Source of the DNA: a bacterium
Lineage (GTDB): Bacteria; Patescibacteriota; Minisyncoccia; Minisyncoccales; GWA2-46-15
DNA: 64,000 nucleotides
Direction of reading: 5' to 3'
Assembly (NCBI GenBank): GCA_030693425.1
Contig: JAUYAM010000002.1
Span: forward strand, 256,632-320,631
Position numbers and translations under genes: made by a program. This document shows, one piece after another, positions 1-8,832 of the stretch. The notes beneath the pieces were generated by a model. It worked only from the letters and a program-made list of their open reading frames with translations. It was not told the DNA's origin and made no database searches. The stretch's first letter is position 1, and the number at the start of each line of letters is the position of its first letter.

Positions 1-177
1 AAACCTTTCTATCTTGACGCTCTCAATCCCGGCCTCTTCAAGCTTCTTTACCAAAAACTTCCTTATAAAAAAGTCTTCCTCTAAAAATCTAGGGAAACGC
101 TTTCCGTAAAATCCCTTGGACTCCCAGCCGTCAATGCCTCTTATCCTTAAAACTTTAGGGTGGGTTTTATGCGTCAT
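1..177 (-). CDS. rpsC: 30S ribosomal protein S3, N-terminal fragment (gene runs off window start)
   Basis: Reverse-strand ATG at 175-177 opens MTHKTHPKVLRIRGIDGWESKGFYGKRFPRFLEEDFFIRKFL, an S3-like N-terminus. It lies directly downstream of L22 as in S10 operons. It is truncated by the window edge, so it is absent from the ORF track. Confidence 0.75.
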   Translation of the reverse strand, partial: MTHKTHPKVLRIRGIDGWESKGFYGKRFPRFLEEDFFIRKFLVKKLEEAGIESVKIERF

Positions 178-185
178 GTATAAAT

Positions 186-695
186 TTAAAACGCTTTTCT
201 TCTAAAAAACCTTTTGGCTCCGGCCGGCGTTTTGGGCTTTGCTGGCTCTGCTTTTAGCCTTGGCTTGTCTGACATTATTTTTTCTTTGGCTATTCTGGGC
301 TTTGCTTTTAATTCTTCCTTTTTTAAGACCTCTGGTTTCCTGGCTTTCTTTTCTGCGACTCCCCGCTTTAAGTCAAGGACGATCGTCAGGTGCGAGGTTT
401 TTTTCTGAATCGGGGAAGCCCGGCCGCGGGCTCTGGGCCGCCACCTCTTTAATTTTGGACCCTCGTCAACCAGAACCTTGGCCAGATAAAGGTTTTTTCC
501 GTCGAGTTGAAAATTATTCCTGGCGTTGGCAACGGCCGAGTTCAAAAGGCCGAGAAAAGGCCTGGCGCCCCTCTTGTTCAGAAATGAAAGCTCTGCCTGG
601 GCTTTGACGACTTCTTTTCCACGGATTAAATCGGCAACCAGCCTGAGCTTGCGCGGAGCTATTCTCAAATGTTTTAGTTTGGCGATGACCTGCAC
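186..695 (-). CDS. rplV: 50S ribosomal protein L22 with Lys/Pro/Ala-rich C-terminal tail
   Basis: 169-aa ORF. AKLKHLRIAPRKLRLVADLIRGK...LLNSAVANA...KRWRPRARGRA is the uL22 core. Position between S19 and S3. Confidence 0.9.
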   Translation of the reverse strand: MQVIAKLKHLRIAPRKLRLVADLIRGKEVVKAQAELSFLNKRGARPFLGLLNSAVANARNNFQLDGKNLYLAKVLVDEGPKLKRWRPRARGRASPIQKKTSHLTIVLDLKRGVAEKKARKPEVLKKEELKAKPRIAKEKIMSDKPRLKAEPAKPKTPAGAKRFFRRKAF

Positions 696-715
696 GTTGT
701 ATTTAACAAGTTTTA

Positions 716-1075
716 TTACTTAGTCGGTTTCCCTGCTGCTGGCTTGGCTTCCGTTTCCTTCGCTGCCTGCACCTTAGCCGCTTCTGTTTCTGTTGCTTTG
801 GCCTCCAGCTCTCTCTGCATCCTGCCGCCGTGGCGGGAAAACTTCGTGCTTGGAGAAAACTCGCCAAGATGATGGCCGACCATTTCCTCGGTAATCTGAA
901 TCGGAATGAATTCTTTGCCGTTGTGGACTCCGAAGGTAAAACCGATCATCTCCGGGCAAATAGTCGCTCTCCTCGACCAAGTTTTGATTATCTCTCTGGC
1001 CTCGGGCTTTAAAGCCTTGATCTTGGCCAGCAGCTTTTCATCGATATATGGACCTTTTTTTAAACTGCGCGACAT
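716..1075 (-). CDS. rpsS: 30S ribosomal protein S19 with Ala/Glu/Lys tail
   Basis: 119-aa ORF. SLKKGPYID...IKTWSRR...GVHNGKEFIPI...MVGHHLGEFSPSTKF is the uS19 signature. Confidence 0.93.
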   Translation of the reverse strand: MSRSLKKGPYIDEKLLAKIKALKPEAREIIKTWSRRATICPEMIGFTFGVHNGKEFIPIQITEEMVGHHLGEFSPSTKFSRHGGRMQRELEAKATETEAAKVQAAKETEAKPAAGKPTK

Positions 1076-1087
1076 TTTTATATTATA

Positions 1088-1864
1088 TTATTTTTTCTTT
1101 CTTCTTTCGATAATAAATCTGTCAGATCTCTTCTTTCCTTTCCTGGTCTTGACTCCTTTTGCCGGTTTTCCCCAAGGAGTTTTCGGATATTTCAAGCCGA
1201 TCGGGGTTTTGCCCTCGCCGCCGCCGTGGGGATGGTCGGGCGGATTCATGGCTGATCCTCTGACCGTCGGCCTAATTCCTTTTCTACGATTAGTGCCTGC
1301 CTTGCCAACATTTTTAAACATATGCTCTCCGTGGGAAACAGCTCCCACGGTGGCAAAACAGTCGTCGAGAATCTTCCTGGTTTCTCTCGAAGGCATAACC
1401 AAATGGGTCAACCCGCCTTCCTGGGCTAAGACGGTGGCATTATTACCCGCGGACCTGACCAGTTTCCCGCCCCTGCCCGGCTCCAGTTCAATGTTAAAAA
1501 CCGTGATTCCGACCGGAACGTTCTTAAGCCGCAAGCGGTTGCCCGATTTTATCTCGGCATTGTCTTTTATAAGCACTTCGTCTCCAACTTTCAAGCCCTG
1601 GGGAGCGATCACGTACCTCTTGTCCTTGTCCTCATACTCCAAAAGGGCGATAAAAGCAGTTCTGAAAGGATCGTATTCCAGAGACAAAACTTTGGCCGAA
1701 AGACCGATTTTTTCCTGGCCGAAATCCAAAATTCGGTAAAGCCTTTTTGCTCCGCCGCCCCGGTGGCGGACGCAAATCCTGCCGCCGTAGCCGCGTCCGC
1801 CTCTCCTTCTTAGAAACTTCAGCAGTCTCTTTTCCGGTTCTTTTTTATCTAATTCTTTATACAT
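1088..1864 (-). CDS. rplB: 50S ribosomal protein L2
   Basis: 258-aa ORF. RHRGGGAKRLYRILDF...ATVLAQEG...MPSRE...NPPDHPHGGGEGK is the uL2 signature. Operon position fits. Confidence 0.93.
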   Translation of the reverse strand: MYKELDKKEPEKRLLKFLRRRGGRGYGGRICVRHRGGGAKRLYRILDFGQEKIGLSAKVLSLEYDPFRTAFIALLEYEDKDKRYVIAPQGLKVGDEVLIKDNAEIKSGNRLRLKNVPVGITVFNIELEPGRGGKLVRSAGNNATVLAQEGGLTHLVMPSRETRKILDDCFATVGAVSHGEHMFKNVGKAGTNRRKGIRPTVRGSAMNPPDHPHGGGEGKTPIGLKYPKTPWGKPAKGVKTRKGKKRSDRFIIERRKKK

Positions 1865-1867
1865 AGT

Positions 1868-2272
1868 TTAGACCGTGGCCGCCTCGATCTTTTGGCCCGG
1901 TTTCACCTGGATAATCGCTTTCTTGTAGCCTTTTTTCCAGCCCTGAACCTTGCCCAGCCTTCTTTTCTTGGCGCCCACCTTGATAATCCTTACTCCGATT
2001 ACCTTGACTTTGTACAGAGACTCGACCGCTTTCCTGATCTCGATTTTGTTGGCTGCGGGAAAGACTTTGAAAACGTACTGATTGTCTTTTGAAAGAAGAG
2101 TGGCTTTCTCGGTGACGTGGGGCGAGAACAAAATCGCTGAGCCGTCGAAAACTCTCATCTTGGAAACAGCCGACTGCTCTTTGGGTTTTTCTGGCTCCAG
2201 TGTTTTCTTCGGCAAAGGTTTTTCCGCCTTTTTTGCCCTTTTTAGTTTTTTAAAAAATCTTTCGAATATCAT
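1868..2272 (-). CDS. rplW: 50S ribosomal protein L23 with Lys-rich N-terminal extension
   Basis: 134-aa ORF. The C-terminal ~95 aa (SPHVTEKAT...YVFKV...NKIEIRKAVESLYKVKV) is uL23-like. An alternative start is M39 at 2158. The long start gives tight packing with rplD. Confidence 0.85.
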   Translation of the reverse strand: MIFERFFKKLKRAKKAEKPLPKKTLEPEKPKEQSAVSKMRVFDGSAILFSPHVTEKATLLSKDNQYVFKVFPAANKIEIRKAVESLYKVKVIGVRIIKVGAKKRRLGKVQGWKKGYKKAIIQVKPGQKIEAATV

Positions 2273-2277
2273 ATTGG

Positions 2278-2937
2278 TTATTCAGCTTCATCCTTTTTTG
2301 AAAACGCCCTTTTAAATGCCGATATTGACTCTTTCGTCGCCAGCAAATATTTAAAAGAAAGGATTTTCAGGGCGCTGAGGTTGCCAAGACCGACCGTCTC
2401 CAATCCCGGAATGTTCCTGGAAGCCCGGATGAAATTCTTGTCTAATACAGGCAGAACGACCAGAACTTTCCCCTTGTGGAAATCGGCGATTCTTCCCCTC
2501 AAATCAGAAATTATTTTGGAAACTTCTCTGGTTTTGGGCCCGCTGATATTCAAACTTTCCAGAACGATCAAATCTCCCTGCCTGGCCTTTGTCGAAAGAG
2601 CCATCAGAACGGCTTTCCTGGCCATCTTTTTGTTAATCTTCTGCTTCCAGACCTTGTCGTTCCTCGGGCCAAAGATTACGCCTCCGCCGCGCCACAAAGG
2701 AGATCTGATTGAGCTGTGGCGGGACCTGCCAGTTCCTTTCTGCCGCCAGGGTTTTCTGCCGCCGCCCCTGACCTCGCCCTTGGTTTTAGTGTGGGCCGAC
2801 CCCTGTCTTTTATTTGCGCTTTGGGACCTCGCCACCTGCCACAGCAAATCAGAATTAAGCTTGACGTCAAAAACGCCTTTGGGCAGTAAGGTCTTTCCAG
2901 TCTCTTCTCCGCTCTGGTTGTAGACTTTGACGAACAT
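2278..2937 (-). CDS. rplD: 50S ribosomal protein L4
   Basis: 219-aa ORF. QGSAHTKTKGEVRGGGRKPWRQKGTGRSRHSSIRSPLWRGGG is the uL4 signature. Confidence 0.9.
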   Translation of the reverse strand: MFVKVYNQSGEETGKTLLPKGVFDVKLNSDLLWQVARSQSANKRQGSAHTKTKGEVRGGGRKPWRQKGTGRSRHSSIRSPLWRGGGVIFGPRNDKVWKQKINKKMARKAVLMALSTKARQGDLIVLESLNISGPKTREVSKIISDLRGRIADFHKGKVLVVLPVLDKNFIRASRNIPGLETVGLGNLSALKILSFKYLLATKESISAFKRAFSKKDEAE

Positions 2938-2959
2938 AACTTTACGTAATGGTCTGTTT

Positions 2960-3565
2960 TTATACTCCTTTTATTTCTAACAAAGTGCCTCTTCTTCCCG
3001 GAACCGCTCCCTTGACCGCTATGATATTATTCTCTTTATCAATCTTGACGATTTTCAGGTTTTTGACGGTCACTCTTTCTGCTCCCATTCTTCCCGGCAT
3101 TTTCCTGCCCTTGACAACCCGGCCGGCACCGCTGGATCCGGTAGATCCCAAAGTTCTTAACTCGTGCTTGGTCCCGTGAGTGGCAGACAGTCTGCCTTTG
3201 AATCCCCACATTTTGACGGCTCCGGCTGTTCCTTTGCCTTTGGAGATTCCGGAAACCCTGACTTTGTCGCCTTCGCTGAAAATTCCTGCTTCTAAACTGT
3301 CTCCTGTCTTGTAATTCTTAATTTCTGCTTCAGGGACCCTGAACTCACGGATGTGCCTGAACTCTTTTCCTTTCATCGTTTTTTTAATCTTCTTTGCTTT
3401 AGTGATTTTCTCAAAACCCAGCTGAAAAGATGAATATCCGTCTTTGTCTCTGCTTTTAACCTGGAGTATCTGGCAGGGGCCTGCTTCAATCAAAGTCACC
3501 GGAACCACTTTTCCTTCGTCGAATATCTGGGTCATGTCGATTTTCTTTCCGAGAATGAATTTCAT
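2960..3565 (-). CDS. rplC: 50S ribosomal protein L3
   Basis: 201-aa ORF. GKKIDMTQIFDEGKVVPVTLIEAGP...GKGTAGAVK...ATHG is the uL3 signature. Confidence 0.92.
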   Translation of the reverse strand: MKFILGKKIDMTQIFDEGKVVPVTLIEAGPCQILQVKSRDKDGYSSFQLGFEKITKAKKIKKTMKGKEFRHIREFRVPEAEIKNYKTGDSLEAGIFSEGDKVRVSGISKGKGTAGAVKMWGFKGRLSATHGTKHELRTLGSTGSSGAGRVVKGRKMPGRMGAERVTVKNLKIVKIDKENNIIAVKGAVPGRRGTLLEIKGV

Positions 3566-3568
3566 AAC

Positions 3569-3606
3569 CGCTGATTTTCGCTGATCTAAACGCTGATTAA
3601 CGCTGA
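3569..3606 (+). repeat. array of four CGCTGA(T/A) hexamers spaced 10, 12, 10 nt
   Basis: CGCTGA starts at 3569, 3579, 3591 and 3601, read directly from the sequence. The inverse array lies at 3966-4003. Confidence 0.7.
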
Positions 3607-3615
3607 AACTGGCAA

Positions 3616-3830
3616 CCCCGTAGGAAATTAAATATTTTCCGTTAAATTTCTTAACCGACTGTTTGTATAAAGCAAGGTTTGTTTCATTTGATAAGAATTA
3701 GATTGAAAAGAAAATATTTATTTATTATGTTTTTGAAATAATCTCTCTTGGTTACTCCGAAAGATTAAAGTCAATTATCTCTAAATCTCTGGTTCGAGAA
3801 ACAACGAAAACATAATCATTTCCTACGGGG
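3616..3830. mobile_element. MITE-like element copy E1 (215 bp) inside the rpsJ-rplC spacer
   Basis: CCCCGTAGGAAATTA at 3616-3630 and its inverse ATTTCCTACGGGG at 3818-3830. AT-rich, ORF-free interior. Flanked by CAA at 3613-3615 and 3831-3833. Confidence 0.6.
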
Positions 3831-3965
3831 CAACGAAAAACTGGGCGCTAGCCCAGCTTTCCGCAGACTAGTTTATTTACGCTTTTCTTTAAAATGCTGT
3901 TTCAATTTGTTTTACCATCATAAAACAAAAATCTTTTTAAGTAAAGAGTTTCTCGCGCACGCGGT

Positions 3966-4003
3966 TCAGCGTCGTTCCGCGTCTAGTTCAGCGTTAGTTC
4001 AGC
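3966..4003 (-). repeat. inverse array of TCAGCG hexamers (reverse complement of CGCTGA)
   Basis: TCAGCG at 3966, 3988 and 3998, with a degenerate copy near 3976. It mirrors the 3569-3606 array across the spacer. Confidence 0.65.
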
Positions 4004-4008
4004 GGACT

Positions 4009-4356
4009 TTACATTTTTATCTCGATATCCACTCCGGTGGGCAGATTGAGATTTGTCAGGGCATCGATCACTTTCTGTCCCGGCTCTAAGATGTCAATCA
4101 GCCTTTTGTGGACTCTCATTTCAAACTGTTCCCGGCTGTCCTTGTGGACGAAAGTCGAGCGGTTGACGGTGTATTTTCTGATCTCGGTTGGCAAAGGAAT
4201 CGGGCCCCTTATCTTGACCTCGAATCTCTGGGCAGTTTCAACAATCTGACGGCAGCTGGCGTCGAGTATCTTGTGATCGTAAGCGCGCAGCCTGATGCGC
4301 AATCTCGGCACTTCAATAGTTTCCGTTTTTTCTGAAGCTTTGGTTTTGGTTGCCAT
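4009..4356 (-). CDS. rpsJ: 30S ribosomal protein S10
   Basis: 115-aa [16 protein letters not shown]...IRGPIPLPT...[28 protein letters not shown] is the uS10 signature. Confidence 0.93.
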   Translation of the reverse strand: MATKTKASEKTETIEVPRLRIRLRAYDHKILDASCRQIVETAQRFEVKIRGPIPLPTEIRKYTVNRSTFVHKDSREQFEMRVHKRLIDILEPGQKVIDALTNLNLPTGVDIEIKM

Positions 4357-4400
4357 TACCGGATAAAACTGTTGTTAAGGTAATTCTCTGGACTGAAAGT

Positions 4401-5600
4401 TTACTTCGTAATTTTGGTGATGACGCCAGCGCCGACCGTATGTCCTCCTTCTCTGATGGCAAACCGTTGTTTCTCTTCCATGGCGACGGCCGTAATCAGC
4501 TTAACCTTAACGTTGACGGTGTCTCCGGGCATAACCATTTCCGTTCCCTCGGGCAAGGTGACGTCGCCGGTGACATCGGTGGTCCTAAAAAAGAATTGGG
4601 GCTTATAGCCGGTAAAGAACGGGGTGTGGCGGCCGCCTTCTTCCTTGGTTAAAATGTAAACTTCTGCGTCAAAATCGGTATGGGGAGTGATCGTTCCTGG
4701 AGCTGCCAAAACCTGGCCTCTCTGGACTTCCTCTTTTTTCAAGCCTCTCAAAAGGACGCCGACGTTGTCTCCGGCAATGCCCTCGTCAAGAATCTTCTGA
4801 AACATCTCGACGCTGACGGCCGTGGTCTTGATAGTCGGCTTCAATCCCAGCAGCTCGACTTCGTCGTTAGCCTTGACTTTGCCTCTTTCAATTCTGCCGG
4901 TGGCCACGGTTCCTCTTCCTTCAATCGTAAAGACGTCTTCAATAGACATCAGGAAAGGCTTGCTGGTTTCTCTAACCGGTTCTGGAATCGCTTCGTCAAG
5001 AGCTTTGACCAGGTCCAAGATCCCTTTGGCCCACTGGTCGTCGACAGAAGTGACGTCAAGAGCTTTTAAGGCCGACCCCCTGATAATCGGAACCTTGTCT
5101 CCAGGATAACCGTATTTGTTCAACAGTTCTCTGACTTCAGATTCCACCAAATCAATGATCTCCGGCTCATCGACAGCGTCAACCTTGTTCAGAAAAACGA
5201 CCAAAGCCGGCAATCCTACCTGGCGGGCCAAAAGAATGTGCTCTCTCGTCTGAGGCATGGGGCCATCGGGAGCCGAAACCACCAGAATGGCGCCGTCCAT
5301 CTGGGCCGCCCCGGTGATCATATTCTTGATGTAGTCTGCATGGCCCGGACAGTCAATGTGGGCATAATGACGGATATCAGACTCGTATTCAACGTGACAA
5401 ACATTGATCGTAACGCCTCTGGCTCTTTCTTCCGGAGCCGAGTCAATTTCGTTGACGCCTTTCTTGGTCGCCTTAAAACCCTTGAGGTTCAGCACCTTGA
5501 GGATGGCGGCCGTTAATGTCGTTTTCCCATGGTCGACGTGACCGATGGTGCCGACGTTTACGTGAGGCTTTGACCTCTCAAACTTTTCTTTTTCTGCCAT
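4401..5600 (-). CDS. tuf: elongation factor Tu
   Basis: 399-aa [25 protein letters not shown] and SALK GTPase motifs, plus EF-Tu domains II and III. Confidence 0.97.
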   Translation of the reverse strand: MAEKEKFERSKPHVNVGTIGHVDHGKTTLTAAILKVLNLKGFKATKKGVNEIDSAPEERARGVTINVCHVEYESDIRHYAHIDCPGHADYIKNMITGAAQMDGAILVVSAPDGPMPQTREHILLARQVGLPALVVFLNKVDAVDEPEIIDLVESEVRELLNKYGYPGDKVPIIRGSALKALDVTSVDDQWAKGILDLVKALDEAIPEPVRETSKPFLMSIEDVFTIEGRGTVATGRIERGKVKANDEVELLGLKPTIKTTAVSVEMFQKILDEGIAGDNVGVLLRGLKKEEVQRGQVLAAPGTITPHTDFDAEVYILTKEEGGRHTPFFTGYKPQFFFRTTDVTGDVTLPEGTEMVMPGDTVNVKVKLITAVAMEEKQRFAIREGGHTVGAGVITKITK

Positions 5601-5675
5601 GATTTTTTTATGAATTAGTTATGCTGTTATTATTTTATTAACTTTAACAAAATAGTCAAGGACTGGCAAGAACTT

Positions 5676-7784
5676 CTACCGTCTCTTCCCCTCAATAATC
5701 TCCCGAGCGATGTTCTGGGGCATTTCCTGGTAATGGAAGAATTCCATGGTGAAAGTTCCCCGGCCCTCGGTCAGAGACCTCAAAGAAGTGGCGTAGCCGA
5801 ACATTTCCGACAAGGGAACCTCGCCGTCGATAATCTTTGATTCAAGGCGATCCGAAGTTTCCTTAATCTGGCCTCTCTTGGAATTGAAATTGCCGATGAC
5901 CTCGCTGAAAAAGTTTTTGGGACAGATTATCTCGATTTTCATGATCGGCTCCAAAAGGACCGGCTTTGCCCTTTTGGCAACTTCTTGGAAAGCCTGGATC
6001 GAAGCGATCTTAAAAGCGAGCTCCGAAGAATCGACTTCGTGAAAAGAACCATCGTAAAGGCTGACTTCCAGATCAACCATCGGGTAGCCGGCGACGACTC
6101 CTTTTTCCATGGCTTCCTTGACTCCTTTTTCAACCGCCGGAATGTATTCCTGAGGAATGATTCCGCCTCTGATGTCGTTGATAAACTCGAATCCTTGACC
6201 GGACTCTCTGGGCTTGGCTTTCAGCCAGACGTGGCCGTACTGGCCACGGCCGCCAGACTGCTTGATGTACCTACCCTCAGCTTCAGCCTCAATCCTGATC
6301 GTTTCCCGGTAAGCGACTTGGGGGCGGCCGACGTTGGCCTCGACGCTAAACTCCCGCTTCATCCTGTCGACGATAATCTCAAGGTGCAACTCTCCCATGC
6401 CGGAAATGATAGTCTCCCCTGTTTCCATATCTCCCTTGACTTTAAAGGTCGGGTCCTCGTCTGACAGGCGTTTCAGGGCCGTGCCCATTTTCTCCTGGTC
6501 AGCTTTTGTTTTCGGCTCAATCCTGACGGAAATAACAGGTTCTGGAAACGTGATATTCTCCAGAACTATCGGGTGATCTTCGTCGCAAAGAGTGTGGCCG
6601 GTGGAGGTAGTTTTCAGGCCGACGGTGGCCCCGATCTCGCCGGCATAGATTTCCTCGACTTCCTCCCTTTCATTGGCGTGCATTCTTAAAATTCTGCCGA
6701 TTCTTTCCTTGTCCCTGGTGCTGGTATTTAAAACATAGGATCCCCTGGTCAGTTTTCCCGAATAGACTCTGAAAAACGTCAGGGTGCCGACGTAAGGGTC
6801 ATTTGCGATCTTAAAAGCCAGGGCGGCAAAAGGCTCCTCGTCAGAAGCTTTTCTTTCTACTTCCTGGCCGGTTTTAGGATCTATGCCTTTTACCGGTGGC
6901 AGATCCAAGGGAGAAGGCAGAAACTGGATAACGGCGTCCAAAATAGTCTCTGCCATAATTTTGCGGCCGTCTCCTCCTAAAATCGGAAAAAACTTCCCAG
7001 ACAGAGTCGACTTCCTGATGGCTAAAAGAAGCTCTTCTTCGGTCAGAATATTGTCTGAAAGGAATTTCTCAACCAGTTCGTCGTCAGCTTCAACCGTTCT
7101 TTCTATCAGTTCGGCTCGGTATTTTTCAACCAGCTTTTTCATGTCTTCTGGGATGGGCACTTCTTTCATTTCCAATCCCTGGTCGTCCGCATAGACAAAA
7201 GCTTTTCTCGTTATCAGATCGACGACCCCACAAAGATTCCCCTCCGACCCGATCGGCAGCTGGATCGGCGAGGCGCTGGGCGTTAATCTGTTACGGATGG
7301 AATCGACGCTCTCGTAGAAATTACCGCCGGTCAGATTGAGTTTGTTGATATAGCACATCCTGGAAACGTTGTATCTGTCTGCCTGCCTCCAGACCGTTTC
7401 CGACTGGGGCTGGACTCCTTCTTTGCCGTCAAAAACGACCACGGCTCCGTCCAAAACTCTCAAAGATCTCTGGACCTCGGCCGTAAAATCAATGTGTCCG
7501 GGAGTATCGATAATATTGATCCGAAAGTCGTCTTTGCCTAAGGGGCCGAAGTTCAGAATCTTTGTTTTCCAAAAACAGGTGGTCGCCGCCGAGGTGATGG
7601 TGATCCCCCTTTCCCTTTCTTGAGCCATCCAGTCCATTTGCGTCGAGCCCTCGTCGATATTACCGATTTTGTGGGTTTTGCCGGTGTAATACAAAAGCGT
7701 CTCGGTGGTGGTAGTCTTGCCGGCATCAATATGGGCGATAATACCGATGTTGCGGATTCTTTCTAAAGGATAGAGTCTAGGCAT
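5676..7784 (-). CDS. fusA: elongation factor G
   Basis: EF-G signature [21 protein letters not shown] start at [14 protein letters not shown] (ATG 7782-7784). The 23 upstream codons of the tracked ORF fall in a repeat element. Confidence 0.95.
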   Translation of the reverse strand: MPRLYPLERIRNIGIIAHIDAGKTTTTETLLYYTGKTHKIGNIDEGSTQMDWMAQERERGITITSAATTCFWKTKILNFGPLGKDDFRINIIDTPGHIDFTAEVQRSLRVLDGAVVVFDGKEGVQPQSETVWRQADRYNVSRMCYINKLNLTGGNFYESVDSIRNRLTPSASPIQLPIGSEGNLCGVVDLITRKAFVYADDQGLEMKEVPIPEDMKKLVEKYRAELIERTVEADDELVEKFLSDNILTEEELLLAIRKSTLSGKFFPILGGDGRKIMAETILDAVIQFLPSPLDLPPVKGIDPKTGQEVERKASDEEPFAALAFKIANDPYVGTLTFFRVYSGKLTRGSYVLNTSTRDKERIGRILRMHANEREEVEEIYAGEIGATVGLKTTSTGHTLCDEDHPIVLENITFPEPVISVRIEPKTKADQEKMGTALKRLSDEDPTFKVKGDMETGETIISGMGELHLEIIVDRMKREFSVEANVGRPQVAYRETIRIEAEAEGRYIKQSGGRGQYGHVWLKAKPRESGQGFEFINDIRGGIIPQEYIPAVEKGVKEAMEKGVVAGYPMVDLEVSLYDGSFHEVDSSELAFKIASIQAFQEVAKRAKPVLLEPIMKIEIICPKNFFSEVIGNFNSKRGQIKETSDRLESKIIDGEVPLSEMFGYATSLRSLTEGRGTFTMEFFHYQEMPQNIAREIIEGKRR

Positions 7785-7792
7785 TTCAAAAC

Positions 7793-7876
7793 TTGTATCT
7801 TGTATTTGGTATCTAGTATCTAGTATCCGAATATTAAATAATACTAAATACAAAATACTAGATACTAAATACTAGG
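7793..7876. repeat. TAGTAT-rich quasi-palindromic intergenic element, copy A
   Basis: GTATCTAGTAT can pair with ATACTAGATAC downstream. Shares ATACTAGATACTAAATAC and TACTAAATACAAAATACTA with copy B at 14337-14400 in inverted orientation. Confidence 0.6.
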
Positions 7877-7880
7877 TTAG

Positions 7881-8345
7881 TTATCGGGCAAAATGGGCAA
7901 AAGCTCGGTTGGCCTCGGCCATCCGGTGAGTATCAATCTTCTTTTTGACGGCGGCGCCTTCGTTGTTGGCTGCTAAAATTAGCTCTTCGGACAGTTTTTC
8001 CGCCATCGGCTTTCCTTTCTTGGACTTGGCCGCTTTGATGATCCAGCGCATCGCCAAAGTGATTTTTCTGTCGCCCTTGACCTCGACTGGAACCTGATAG
8101 GTCGCTCCTCCCACTCTTTTGGGCTTGACTTCCAATAAAGGAGCGGCGTTTTTCAGAGCTTCTTCAAAAACCTCGAGGGGCTCCTTTTTCGTCTTTTCTT
8201 TTATGATCTCGAAGGCCCGGTAGACGATTTTAACCGCCACCGTCTTTTTTCCCCGACGCATCACCTGGTTGATCAATTTTGCAACCAGAACGTTGTTGTA
8301 GCTGAGATCCGGCTCGATTTCGCGTTTAGTTACTTTTCCTCTCAT
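7881..8345 (-). CDS. rpsG: 30S ribosomal protein S7
   Basis: 154-aa ORF. Ends ...[15 protein letters not shown] with [12 protein letters not shown], the uS7 signature. str-operon position. Confidence 0.95.
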   Translation of the reverse strand: MRGKVTKREIEPDLSYNNVLVAKLINQVMRRGKKTVAVKIVYRAFEIIKEKTKKEPLEVFEEALKNAAPLLEVKPKRVGGATYQVPVEVKGDRKITLAMRWIIKAAKSKKGKPMAEKLSEELILAANNEGAAVKKKIDTHRMAEANRAFAHFAR

Positions 8346-8353
8346 AATAAAAA

Positions 8354-8764
8354 TTATTTAGGCGTTTTTGTTCCGTATTTAGATCTTTCCTGTTTGCGGT
8401 TTTCCACTCCGCCGGCGTCCAAAATTCCCCTGACTATGTGATATCTGACTCCGGGCAGGTCTTTGACCCGGCCGCCTCTGATGACGACGACCGAGTGCTC
8501 CTGAAGATTGTGGCCTTCACCGGGAATATAAGCGGTGACCTCCATGCCGTTGGTCAGGCGGACTCTGGCCACTTTTCTCAGAGCGGAGTTTGGCTTTTTC
8601 GGAGTCGTCGTGAAAACCTTCAGGCAAACGCCTCTTTTGAAGGGGGAAAAATAATCCTGGGGACGATTTTTCAAAACATTAAAACCGTAGGTCAGAGCCG
8701 GCGTCTTGTCCTTTTTGGCAATCTTTTTTCTGCCCCTTTTTACGAGCTGATGGATTGTTGGCAT
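8354..8764 (-). CDS. rpsL: 30S ribosomal protein S12
   Basis: [12 protein letters not shown]...[19 protein letters not shown]...[10 protein letters not shown] is the uS12 signature. Start taken at M6 of the tracked ORF. Confidence 0.95.
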   Translation of the reverse strand: MPTIHQLVKRGRKKIAKKDKTPALTYGFNVLKNRPQDYFSPFKRGVCLKVFTTTPKKPNSALRKVARVRLTNGMEVTAYIPGEGHNLQEHSVVVIRGGRVKDLPGVRYHIVRGILDAGGVENRKQERSKYGTKTPK

Positions 8765-8832
8765 AGGATCCGGAATCAAAAATTAAAAGTCAAAGTTAAG
8801 GATAGCAAATGATTTTTTTACTGTCAACGCGA

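Noticed and set aside
906-1739. 277-aa forward ORF, and similar long antisense ORFs at 2381-2923, 5985-6464, 26800-27297, 50499-50987 and 51694-52419.
   Set aside because: All lie antisense to genes with unmistakable family signatures (rplB/rpsS, rplD, fusA, the ABC genes, the PIG-L deacetylase, radical SAM). Their translations are low-complexity with no recognisable motifs. I treat them as shadow ORFs.
7785-7853. N-terminal extensions of tracked ORFs: fus[24 protein letters not shown], kinase-like [19 protein letters not shown], 33439-34491 MVQAPACKAGYGGSNPPRISCF, and 9800-9937.
   Set aside because: The extensions run through repeat elements or RNA genes (tRNA-Cys, the tRNA-like fold), and conserved protein N-termini begin at internal ATGs. 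The starts were moved accordingly.
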